36,834 nt of DNA, taken from Gemmatimonadales bacterium (GTDB lineage: Bacteria; Gemmatimonadota; Gemmatimonadetes; Gemmatimonadales; GWC2-71-9). Shown here one piece after another: positions 17,635 to 26,107 of the stretch (positions within the stretch are counted from its first letter, which is position 1; every line of letters begins with the position of its first letter). The position numbers and the translations under genes are program-made. The DNA lies in NCBI GenBank assembly GCA_050732955.1, contig JBOHRY010000387.1, positions 1 to 36,834 of the forward strand, read 5' to 3'. The notes under the pieces were generated by a model that worked only from the letters and a program-made list of their open reading frames with translations, made no database searches and was not told where the DNA came from.

Positions 17635-19013
17635 CGGCGCGCGAACTGGCAGCGGAAACCGGTCGGCGGCTCGCCAATGCCGAGCCGCTCAATGCGGCGC
17701 TGCATTGGTCACCGGAGTTGCTGGACCGCGAAGCCGCGCGGCTCGACGCGGCCGCTTCGGGTGTGCTCTCGGGAACCACCGTGGCTATCAAGGACAATTT
17801 GGTCACACTCGATCACCCAACCACGTGCGCGTCGCGGATCCTCGCCGGATATCGTTCGCCGTTCGAGGCCACGGCAGTTAGTCGACTGCGCGATGCGGGC
17901 GCGATGGTCGCTGCCAAGGCCAATCTCGACGAGTTCGCCATGGGTTCGTCCACTGAACATTCTGCGTTCGGCCGGGTGCATCACCCGCTCGATCCGGACC
18001 TGGTACCGGGCGGCTCCAGCGGCGGCTCTGCCGCACTGGTCGCAGCGGGGGTGACCACCACCGCCCTCGGGTCGGAAACGGGCGGGTCGGTCCGGCAACC
18101 CGCGTCGTTTTGCGGCGTGGTCGGCATCAAGCCCAGTTACGGCCGCGTCTCGCGTTTCGGCCTGGTGGCGTTCGGTTCGTCGCTGGACTGCGTCTCGACG
18201 TTTGGTCAGTCGACTGCCGCCGCGGGCGAACTCCTCTGCGCCATCTCAGGTGAGGACCCGCTCGATCCGACCACGCGAGCCGTGCCGCCGCTCGCCATGC
18301 CCGTGCCGCGCCGCGACCTCCGCGGTCTGGTTGTCGGCCTGCCGCGCGAGTATTTCCCGGCGGACCTTCATCCCGGGGTGCGCGCCGGCTGCGATCGTGC
18401 CGTCGCGATGCTCAAGCAACTGGGTGCTGAAATCCGTGAAGTGTCGTTGCCGCACACGCGCTTCGCGGTTCCCACCTATTACATCGTGAATCCGGCGGAA
18501 GCCGCGGCAAATCTGGCACGATTCGACGGCGTGCGGTTCGGTATCCGGGAGATCGGCCCGGAAGGCGATGTTCGTGCGCTCTACCGCGCGACTCGAGGTG
18601 CGGGCTTCGGTGCGGAAGTCCGGCGGCGGATCCTGATCGGGACCTTCGTGCTGAGCGCCGGCTATAGCAATCAGTACTATAGTCGCGCGCAGGCCGTTCG
18701 CGGGCTCATCATCCGGGATTTCGAGGCGGTCTTCGCCAGTGGAGTGGATCTGCTGTTCACGCCGACGACCCCGACGCCGGCGTTCCGCGCTGGCGAGAAG
18801 ACCGCCAACCCGGTGGAGATGTACCTCGCCGACATCTTCGTGTGTCCGGCCTCGCTGGCGGGACTTCCCGCCGTGTCGATTCCCATCGGACGGGATGAAG
18901 GATTGCCGATCGGCGGTCAGCTGATGGCCGCCGACTTCGAGGAGGCGACCATGCTGGCCGCGGCAATGGCCCTGGAATCCGGGATCGATGCGACCGCCGA
19001 GGTCCGCGCATGA
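17631..19013 (+). CDS. gatA: Asp-tRNA(Asn)/Glu-tRNA(Gln) amidotransferase subunit A
   Basis: 460 aa. Amidase signature GGSSGGSAALVAAG...GSETGGSVRQPASFCGVVGIKPSYGRVSR. ATGA overlap with gatC. Confidence 0.97.
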   Translation: MTARELAAETGRRLANAEPLNAALHWSPELLDREAARLDAAASGVLSGTTVAIKDNLVTLDHPTTCASRILAGYRSPFEATAVSRLRDAGAMVAAKANLDEFAMGSSTEHSAFGRVHHPLDPDLVPGGSSGGSAALVAAGVTTTALGSETGGSVRQPASFCGVVGIKPSYGRVSRFGLVAFGSSLDCVSTFGQSTAAAGELLCAISGEDPLDPTTRAVPPLAMPVPRRDLRGLVVGLPREYFPADLHPGVRAGCDRAVAMLKQLGAEIREVSLPHTRFAVPTYYIVNPAEAAANLARFDGVRFGIREIGPEGDVRALYRATRGAGFGAEVRRRILIGTFVLSAGYSNQYYSRAQAVRGLIIRDFEAVFASGVDLLFTPTTPTPAFRAGEKTANPVEMYLADIFVCPASLAGLPAVSIPIGRDEGLPIGGQLMAADFEEATMLAAAMALESGIDATAEVRA

Positions 19014-20428
19014 CCTGGGAAACGGTGATCGGGCTCGAGGTGCATGTGCAGCTGGCCACGCGGACCAAGATGTTCTGCGGCTGCGCTACCGGTTACGGCG
19101 AGGCGCCGAATACCAACGTGTGCCCGATCTGTCTCGGTTTGCCTGGCGCGCTCCCCAGCCCCAACGCCGAGGCAATCCGGCTGGGCACCATCGCGGCGCT
19201 CGCGCTGGGATGCGAGGTCCACCCAACCAGCGTCTTCGCGCGCAAGAATTATTTCTATCCCGACCTGCCCAAGGGTTACCAGATATCCCAATTCGACTTC
19301 CCGCTTGCCACGTCGGGCTCGGTCATGGCGGAGTCGCCGGATCGCGGGCCGATCGCCGTCAGCATTACGCGCCTGCACCTCGAGGAGGATGCGGGCAAGT
19401 CGCTGCACGACCGCATTCCGGGACACACCGCCGTGGACCTCAATCGAGCCGGCACGCCGCTCGCCGAAATCGTCAGTGGTCCCGATCTCCGGTCGCCGGC
19501 CGAGGCGCGCGCCTATCTCGTGACGCTGCGGCAGTTGCTGGTGTACGCCGGTGTCAGTGAATGTTCGATGGAGAAGGGATCGCTGCGCGTCGATGCAAAT
19601 CTTTCGATCCGCCGCGCTGGCGCCCCGCTCGGCACCAAGACCGAAGTCAAGAACATGAACTCCTTCGCGAACGTCGAGCGGGCGCTGCTCGCGGAGCGGG
19701 AGCGTCAGGTCGCGCTGCTGGAGAGCGGTGGCGCGGTGTCGCAGGTCACGCTGAGCTTCAACGCGGCCACGGGTGCCGTGAAGCCGCTTCGATCGAAGGA
19801 GGACTCGCACGACTATCGCTACTTCCCGGATCCCGATCTTCCACCGCTGATCCTCGATCCATCGTGGATCGCCGATCGGCAGGCCGAGTTGGTCGAATTG
19901 CCGGCGGCGCGGCGCGATCGGTATCAGCAGGTGTACGCGCTGTCGCCGTACGACGCGAAGGTACTGACCCAGGAACCGGTGGTCGCCGACTATTTCGAGC
20001 GGGTCGTCGGAGCGGGCGTCGAAGCCAAGACCGCCGCCAACTGGGTCATGGGTGAGGCGATGGCGGGGTGGAACGAAAGCGGCAGCTTCGCGGTCGAACC
20101 CGCCCAGCTTGCAGCACTTGTCCGCCTGGTGGATCAGGAAGTTGTCTCGTTGCAGGCCGCCAAGCGGATCTATGCCGAACTCGTAACGGCACCGGAAGAG
20201 CCGCTGGCAGTCGCGGAGCGTCTGGGACTCTTGCAAGTGCGGAGCACTGATGCGCTGGGCGGATGGATCGACGAAGTATTGGCAACCCATCCCGACGAAG
20301 TCTCGAGGTATCGCGCCGGCGAGAAGAAGTTGACCGGTTTCTTCGTGGGTCAGGTCATGAAACAGAGCGGGGGAAAGGCCGACCCGAAGGCGATTCAGCC
20401 GCTGCTCGTCGAGCGGCTGAGCCGATGA
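19010..20428 (+). CDS. gatB: Asp-tRNA(Asn)/Glu-tRNA(Gln) amidotransferase subunit B
   Basis: 472 aa. WETVIGLEVHVQLATRTKMFCGC, RKNYFYPDLPKGYQISQ, HLEEDAGK, and a C-terminal YqeY-like tail (KLTGFFVGQVMKQSGGKADP). ATGA overlap with gatA. Confidence 0.97.
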   Translation: MTWETVIGLEVHVQLATRTKMFCGCATGYGEAPNTNVCPICLGLPGALPSPNAEAIRLGTIAALALGCEVHPTSVFARKNYFYPDLPKGYQISQFDFPLATSGSVMAESPDRGPIAVSITRLHLEEDAGKSLHDRIPGHTAVDLNRAGTPLAEIVSGPDLRSPAEARAYLVTLRQLLVYAGVSECSMEKGSLRVDANLSIRRAGAPLGTKTEVKNMNSFANVERALLAERERQVALLESGGAVSQVTLSFNAATGAVKPLRSKEDSHDYRYFPDPDLPPLILDPSWIADRQAELVELPAARRDRYQQVYALSPYDAKVLTQEPVVADYFERVVGAGVEAKTAANWVMGEAMAGWNESGSFAVEPAQLAALVRLVDQEVVSLQAAKRIYAELVTAPEEPLAVAERLGLLQVRSTDALGGWIDEVLATHPDEVSRYRAGEKKLTGFFVGQVMKQSGGKADPKAIQPLLVERLSR

Positions 20429-21651
20429 GCCAGGTGCGGTCGATCGCGGATATCCGGTCGGACTTTCCTGCGCTCCGCCGCCAGCAGGGCGGCGTACCCG
20501 TGGCGTATTTCGACGGGCCGGGTGGCACGCAGGTGCCGCAGGTCGTCGCGGACGCGATGTCCGAGTACCTGCTGCACCACAACGCCAACACCCACTGGCG
20601 CTACCCCACGAGTGAAGAAACCGACCGACTGCTCGACCAGGCCCGCGAGGTCTTCGCGGAGTTCCCCGGCGCGGTGCCGAACGAGATCTCGGTCGGCAAC
20701 AACATGACCCCGATCGCGTTCCATGTGGCGCGAGCGCTCGGCCGCGACTGGACGCCCGGCGACGAAATCATCGTGACCGAGCTCGACCACCACGGCAACG
20801 TCGCGCCATGGCAGGCGCTGGCGCGAGACCGGGGGATCGTGCTGCGCTGGCTGCCGATCGAGACGGACACCTGCACGCTGCGACTCGACGAGCTCGGCGC
20901 AATGCTCGGTCCGCGGACGCGACTGCTGGCCATCGGTGCGGCATCAAACATTGTCGGTACGGTATCCGACGTTGCCCGTGCGGCTGCGATGGCGCATGAA
21001 ACCGGCGCACTCGTGTTCGTCGATGGCGTGCACTACGCGCCGCATGTTCGTCCGGATGTCACGGCACTTGGCTGCGATCTCTTCGCCTGTTCCGCCTACA
21101 AGTTTCACGGACCGCATATCGGTGTGCTCTGGGGCCGGCGCCCGCTGCTGGAGCGGCTCGACGTTCCGCGCCTGGAACCCGCTCCGGACACGGCGCCGGA
21201 ACGACTGGAAACAGGTACCCAGAATCATGAGGGCATCGTGGGCGCCGCCGCCGCAGTCCGGTGGCTGGCGTCGCTCGCACCGTCGGCACCAACGTTCCGG
21301 GAGCAGCTCGCCGTGAGCTTCGGCGAGATCCATCGGCGGGAAGCCGAACTGCTCGATCAGCTCTGGCAGGGACTCGGTGCGATGGGCGCCGTGACACGGT
21401 TCGGGCCGCCGCCGGCAACGCATCGCACCGCGACGGTGTCTTTCACGGTGCGGGGCCATGATTCCGAGGCCGTCGCGGTGGCGCTCGCCGGCGCAGGATG
21501 TTTTGTCTCGCATGGCGACTTCTACGCCTCAACCGTGGTTCGCCGCCTGGGACTCGAGCGCGAAGGCGTCGTCCGAATCGGGGCCGCATGCTATACCACG
21601 TCGGCAGAGATCGATCGAGTGCTCGCCGCGGTTGCGCGCCTCGCGACCTGA
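20425..21651 (+). CDS. Class V aminotransferase / cysteine desulfurase-like PLP enzyme
   Basis: ATG at 20425 overlaps the gatB stop (ATGA). MSQVRSIADIRSDFPAL...YFDGPGGTQVP, HHGNVAPW, and the PLP-lysine context CSAYKFHGPHIG. The longer ORF from 20263 runs inside gatB and is Arg-rich junk. Confidence 0.88.
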   Translation: MSQVRSIADIRSDFPALRRQQGGVPVAYFDGPGGTQVPQVVADAMSEYLLHHNANTHWRYPTSEETDRLLDQAREVFAEFPGAVPNEISVGNNMTPIAFHVARALGRDWTPGDEIIVTELDHHGNVAPWQALARDRGIVLRWLPIETDTCTLRLDELGAMLGPRTRLLAIGAASNIVGTVSDVARAAAMAHETGALVFVDGVHYAPHVRPDVTALGCDLFACSAYKFHGPHIGVLWGRRPLLERLDVPRLEPAPDTAPERLETGTQNHEGIVGAAAAVRWLASLAPSAPTFREQLAVSFGEIHRREAELLDQLWQGLGAMGAVTRFGPPPATHRTATVSFTVRGHDSEAVAVALAGAGCFVSHGDFYASTVVRRLGLEREGVVRIGAACYTTSAEIDRVLAAVARLAT

Positions 21652-21722
21652 GGCTGCAACCTCAGCCGCCGCTCCTGCGTCTGTCAGGTAATGCGCGAAC
21701 CTCCGGCTAGCTGGTTCACCCC

Positions 21723-24134
21723 GTGATGGACGACCTGCAGACCCGGCTCGAGTCGGTGCTCGGGTCCGGATACCTGTTGCAGCAGGAACTCACCGGCGGC
21801 GGCATGTCGCGCGTTTTCGTGGCGCACGACATCACGCTCGATCGGCGGGTGGTCGTCAAGGTGCTGGCTCCCGAGCGCGCAGGCGAGCTCTCGACCGAGC
21901 GCTTCAGGAAGGAAGCGCTGCTGGCGGCCTCCCTGCAGCATCCGCATATCGTCCCCATCCTGGCCACTGGCGCGGTCGGCGGCATGCCGTACCTGATCAT
22001 GCCGTTCGTCGACGGCCGATCGCTCAGGGACCGGCTGGATCGCGAGGGTCGTCTCCCGCTGCGTGACGCCGTGCGAATCCTGCTCGACGTCGCGCGCGCA
22101 TGCGCGTACGCGCACGAACGTGGAATCGTGCATCGCGACATCAAGCCGGACAACGTCCTGATGAGCGGCGATGCGGCGATGATCACCGACTTTGGTGTCG
22201 CGAAAGCCGTCGCGGCCGGCGGACGCGGCGCGGTTGAGTCGCGTCTCACCCAGGAAGGGTTCACGGTCGGATCGCCGCGCTACATGGCGCCCGAACAGGC
22301 CACCGGTGATCCGGATATCGATCACCGCGTCGATATCTATTCCTTCGGCGTCCTGGCCTTCGAGCTGGTCGCGGGGGAACCGCCGTTCAATTCGCCCTCG
22401 TCGGCGGAACTGCTGCGCTCGCATCTTACGGTTCGGCCGCTCGATCTCCGGTCGGTCCGCGCCGATGTTCCGCCCGCGTTCGCCCAACTGGTGAATCAAT
22501 GCCTTGCCAAGCGGCGCGACGACCGTCCTCCGAACGCTGCGGCACTGGTGACCGCGCTCGAGGATCCGGGGATCGTGTCGTCGTCGCGGTCGCGTCGCGC
22601 GATGGCGGCGTTGCCGGCAGGAAATCGGCTCTGGTATTCGGTGGCCGCGGTCGTGGCGATCGTGGCGCTTGGGATCATTGCGTGGCGAACGCGCGGCTCC
22701 GCGGCACCCGCGCGAATCGATTCGATCGCCGTGCTGCCGGTGATCGACCGCACGGCCGATTCGGCCTCCGAGTGGATGGCGACTGGCCTCACCGATGAAG
22801 TCACTGCGGTGCTGGGCCGCACGCCCGGATTGCGTGTCGCCGCGCGGCGCCTGGTCGAGCGCTTTCGTAGTGACACGGCGTCGCCGACGCGTATTGCCGA
22901 GGTGCTCGGCGTGCGATCGGTGCTCGACGCCACGCTGACCCGCACCGACAGCAGCAACTATCAGCTCGCCGCGCAACTCATCGACGCCAGCGACGGGCTG
23001 GTGCTGTGGAGCGCGTCGATACGCGGGTCTCGCAGTGACGTGCTGGCGCTGCAGGATTCGGTGATTGCTGGTGTGCTGCAGGCGCTCGGCCGCGCGCCGG
23101 ACACCGTCGCGACGTCCGTGGCGCTCGAGGATCCGGTGGCGCGGCGCGCAGCCTGGGCGGAATACCTCCGGGGCCGGGACGAACTTCGGCAACGGGGCAG
23201 CAGCCACCTCCGGCTGGCGATCTCCCATTTTGCCGATGCGCTCCGCACCGACGCGATGCTGCCTCAGGCCTACGCGGGACTGGCCGACGCATGGACCCTG
23301 CTGCCGCTCTACGATCCCTCGGCGGGCCAGCAACCGCTGTCACGGGCGCTCGATGCGGTCAATCACGCCCTGGCCCTGGATCCGCACCTGCCCGAAGCGC
23401 GGGCGGCACGGGGACACTTGCTGGTCGGTCTCTGGCAGTGGTCGGACGCCGAAACCGACTTGCGCGCGGCGATCGCCGCCAATGGAACGTTGACCGATGC
23501 GCGCCAGTGGCTGGGGGAAGTGCTGTTGCTGACCGGACGTCATGCGGAAGCAGTTCGAGAGCTCACGGCAGCGAGAGCGCTCGACCCGACTTCTCCTGTC
23601 GTCGTTGCCATCCAGGGGCTGGCGCTCGGCGTCGACGGTCAGTTCGACGCTGCACGCGCAGCGGTCGCCGCCGCCGAACGTCTGGATCCGTCGTTCGCCG
23701 AGGCGGAGCTGTTCGAGGGAGCAGTGGATCTCTTCGCTGGGCAGCCGGCTGCTGCGATCGCAGTGCTGCAGCGTGGGGCGGCGCTCGGACCAACCGACCC
23801 GATCCTGCTCGGACTGCTGGGGCAGGCCTACGCCATGGCCGGAAACACGGCCCAATCTCGCGCGGTGCTCACGGCGGTGGACACGCTGCCCCTGGGCATT
23901 CCGCGACACGGGGCGCGAGCTCACGTGGCACTCGGGCTGCACGACACGACGACGGCGCTGGCGGAACTCGAGCAGGCGGCGGCCGACCGCGAGCCGATCT
24001 TCGCAGCCGAGCCGCTCGGTACCCCGCTCTTTGCGAGCATACGCCATGCGCCGCGCTTCACGTCGCTGCTGGTGCGGTTGGGATTCCTGCCAGCCGCGAT
24101 CACCGCCATCCAGGGTTACGGGGCGAGCCATTGA
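21723..24134 (+). CDS. Ser/Thr protein kinase with one TM helix and a large extracytoplasmic TolB-N-like plus TPR domain
   Basis: Hanks kinase motifs: VVVKVL, HRDIKPDNVL, DFGVAK, YMAPEQ. TM segment is LWYSVAAVVAIVALGIIAW. Then IAVLPVIDRTADS...GLTDEV followed by repeated TPR-like helices to the C-terminus. The start is GTG 21723 or the adjacent ATG 21726. Confidence 0.9.
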   Translation: MMDDLQTRLESVLGSGYLLQQELTGGGMSRVFVAHDITLDRRVVVKVLAPERAGELSTERFRKEALLAASLQHPHIVPILATGAVGGMPYLIMPFVDGRSLRDRLDREGRLPLRDAVRILLDVARACAYAHERGIVHRDIKPDNVLMSGDAAMITDFGVAKAVAAGGRGAVESRLTQEGFTVGSPRYMAPEQATGDPDIDHRVDIYSFGVLAFELVAGEPPFNSPSSAELLRSHLTVRPLDLRSVRADVPPAFAQLVNQCLAKRRDDRPPNAAALVTALEDPGIVSSSRSRRAMAALPAGNRLWYSVAAVVAIVALGIIAWRTRGSAAPARIDSIAVLPVIDRTADSASEWMATGLTDEVTAVLGRTPGLRVAARRLVERFRSDTASPTRIAEVLGVRSVLDATLTRTDSSNYQLAAQLIDASDGLVLWSASIRGSRSDVLALQDSVIAGVLQALGRAPDTVATSVALEDPVARRAAWAEYLRGRDELRQRGSSHLRLAISHFADALRTDAMLPQAYAGLADAWTLLPLYDPSAGQQPLSRALDAVNHALALDPHLPEARAARGHLLVGLWQWSDAETDLRAAIAANGTLTDARQWLGEVLLLTGRHAEAVRELTAARALDPTSPVVVAIQGLALGVDGQFDAARAAVAAAERLDPSFAEAELFEGAVDLFAGQPAAAIAVLQRGAALGPTDPILLGLLGQAYAMAGNTAQSRAVLTAVDTLPLGIPRHGARAHVALGLHDTTTALAELEQAAADREPIFAAEPLGTPLFASIRHAPRFTSLLVRLGFLPAAITAIQGYGASH

Positions 24135-24209
24135 TCCCGGGTGCGGGCGCTCGTCGCACGATCGTCTCCCCAACGGCGTGCAACCTGCGCGCCAGAAGGA
24201 GGCGACAGA

Positions 24210-24608
24210 ATGCGACATCTCCGAAGCATCACACTCGCGCTCGTAACAGGCGCGGTTGCCGTGGCGGGTTGCGGTCCGTATCACGGCGGGTACGCGGTAT
24301 CGGCCGAAATGGGACCCGGCGTCGACCTGTACGGTTACTACCCCGATTACTGGGGCGATTGGCGCACCAATTATTCGCTCTGGTCGCCGACAGTGGTATA
24401 CGAGTACGGCGGTCGCTACTACCCGACCCGGGTACGCAACGGACGGCCGGTGTCAGTATATCAGTATCGCAACCAGTACTTTCTGCCGCCGCGTGACGGG
24501 AAAATCGGCCAGACCGATCACCGGATCGACATGCGGCACCGCCCCAGCAACCAGGATTACCAGCGGGCGCGGCCCCGGCCCGACGGTCGTGGTCCCGGCG
24601 CGCCCTGA
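24210..24608 (+). CDS. Small Tyr/Trp/Arg-rich lipoprotein of unknown function
   Basis: ATG at 24210 lies 7 nt after AAGGAGG. MRHLRSITLALVTGAVAVAGC is a signal peptide with a lipobox. The mature part is aromatic-rich (YYPDYWGDWRTNYSLWSP...YEYGGRYYPTRVRNGRPVSVYQYRNQYFLPP). Confidence 0.6.
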   Translation: MRHLRSITLALVTGAVAVAGCGPYHGGYAVSAEMGPGVDLYGYYPDYWGDWRTNYSLWSPTVVYEYGGRYYPTRVRNGRPVSVYQYRNQYFLPPRDGKIGQTDHRIDMRHRPSNQDYQRARPRPDGRGPGAP

Positions 24609-24656
24609 GGCAGTCACGAAGCGATAGCTGTTCGCAAGATCCGCGAGTTCGTCCGG

Positions 24657-25562
24657 TCAGCCGGCTGATGTCGGCGCTGGACGGATTCGCGGATCGATCG
24701 TTTCCGGTGGCAGCCCGAAGTGCGCGTCTGCGATCGTCTCGAGCCAGTCGCGCTCCGGGGCGCGGTGCCCGCGCACGGCGTCGCGTCGAACGGACTTGCT
24801 TCGCAGGATGGCAATTTCGCCGTTCGGGTCAGCCTGATACACCGGCGATTCATCGCGGGCGAGCACCGATCGTATGTAATGTGTCGCGCGATCGAGGTGC
24901 GACGTGATGAGTTCAGCCGGCAGCTCCCACCGACTCTGGTCCTGTGCGATCTGCAGGCCGACCTGCCAGGGCCGTGAATCGGTCAGTCGAACCATGCCAC
25001 GGAACAATCGGCGATTGGTGCGCACCGAGAAAATCGTGGGCGAGAGGATCCGCTCCAGATGCGCATCAGCTGGCCGATGGTCCAGGCGAATCAGGTCGCG
25101 CGCGGCAGCGGGAACGGCATTGCCCAGGAGGAGCTCGACTCGCGCCTCCCACCAGGTGTGACCCATGGCGCGTGTGCTGCTGGTCACCACGAGCTGCCGC
25201 GGCACATAGTAGTTGTGCGCCACGACGTCCGCGGCGAGATGGGCGAGATACCCGAGTCCGAAGGCGCGGAGCGCATCGCTCGGCGCGAGTTCGTAGACCT
25301 CGCGCCCGACATGCCACGCATGGCAGTGGCGGTCGGCGGGAGCGAATTTCTTCGCCATGGTCGTATCCGCCGCGATACTGCCGTAGAGAAAATCGTAGGG
25401 AAAATCGCGCAACAGGTCGCTGACCACTTGTGGCAGCAACTCGAGGGAGCCGAGAATCCGCTCGCCGAGGACCACGGGGGTACCCGGGGTCCAGGCGTAG
25501 AGCGGGTGCGGCAAACAGACGATCAGCAGGGCGACCAGGACAAACGCCCCCAGCAACTTCAC
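24657..25562 (-). CDS. Zinc-dependent phospholipase C / P1-nuclease-like family protein, secreted
   Basis: 301 aa. The signal peptide ends ...PLYA|WTPG, so the mature protein would start with Trp as in PLC/P1-type zinc enzymes. His/Asp cluster YLAHLAADVVAHNYY. GTG start overlaps the upstream stop (GTGA). Confidence 0.65.
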   Translation of the reverse strand: MKLLGAFVLVALLIVCLPHPLYAWTPGTPVVLGERILGSLELLPQVVSDLLRDFPYDFLYGSIAADTTMAKKFAPADRHCHAWHVGREVYELAPSDALRAFGLGYLAHLAADVVAHNYYVPRQLVVTSSTRAMGHTWWEARVELLLGNAVPAAARDLIRLDHRPADAHLERILSPTIFSVRTNRRLFRGMVRLTDSRPWQVGLQIAQDQSRWELPAELITSHLDRATHYIRSVLARDESPVYQADPNGEIAILRSKSVRRDAVRGHRAPERDWLETIADAHFGLPPETIDPRIRPAPTSAG

Positions 25563-26092
25563 GCCGCCCCCCGCCTCCGCGGCCGCACCAATCGGCGCAA
25601 CTGGCCGATCATCCCGACGCCGCTACGCGCCGTCTGGAGTGCCGTGCTCACATCCACGACGGTGGTCTCGATCTCTTCCCGCGCCACTTCGACCACCGCC
25701 TCGAAGTCAGCCAGGTGGCGCTTGGCGCGCTTCACTCCGCGCTCGACATCGTATCGGATGCGCCGCGTCGTTTCGATGATCTGCCGCGCCTCTTCCTGCG
25801 CCAGGTCCGCCACATCGACCCCCTTCTCGCTCAGCCGGCGCACGGCGTCGAGCGTTGGCGCGAGATCGGCGCGTAGTCGCGCGACCTCGCGCGCCAGGGA
25901 TTCGCCGTGCTCCTTGGCTTCCCGCAAGGTGATGAAGAGCATCGCGGTGAGCAGGCCCGCCGCGATGGCGATGACCAGGAGTGACAGTGCGACTACCGGA
26001 GCGATCCAGGCTGGCACGGTTCCTCGGTTCTCGGACGTCAGTCCAAATACTAATCCCCTGATCGCACCCCGCTTGCCCCGGCCAGCCAGCAC
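25559..26092 (-). CDS. Membrane-anchored coiled-coil protein (DUF948-like guess)
   Basis: One N-terminal TM helix ([26 protein letters not shown]) is followed by charged helical repeats ([31 protein letters not shown]...). The start is ambiguous: GTG 26092 leaves only 15 bp before the divergent murA, whereas GTG 26017 begins just before the TM helix. Confidence 0.5.
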   Translation of the reverse strand: MLAGRGKRGAIRGLVFGLTSENRGTVPAWIAPVVALSLLVIAIAAGLLTAMLFITLREAKEHGESLAREVARLRADLAPTLDAVRRLSEKGVDVADLAQEEARQIIETTRRIRYDVERGVKRAKRHLADFEAVVEVAREEIETTVVDVSTALQTARSGVGMIGQLRRLVRPRRRGAA

Positions 26093-26107
26093 CGCGAGCT
26101 TTGCGCG

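Noticed and set aside
21648-21665. Hairpin CTGAGG-CTGCAA-CCTCAG overlapping the stop of the aminotransferase gene, as a possible terminator.
   Set aside because: The stem is only 6 bp and no T-tract follows. It is too weak to call an intrinsic terminator from sequence alone. The same applies to the 5-bp CGGCA-TCGT-TGCCG stem between pgeF and the hydrolase at about 28137-28155.
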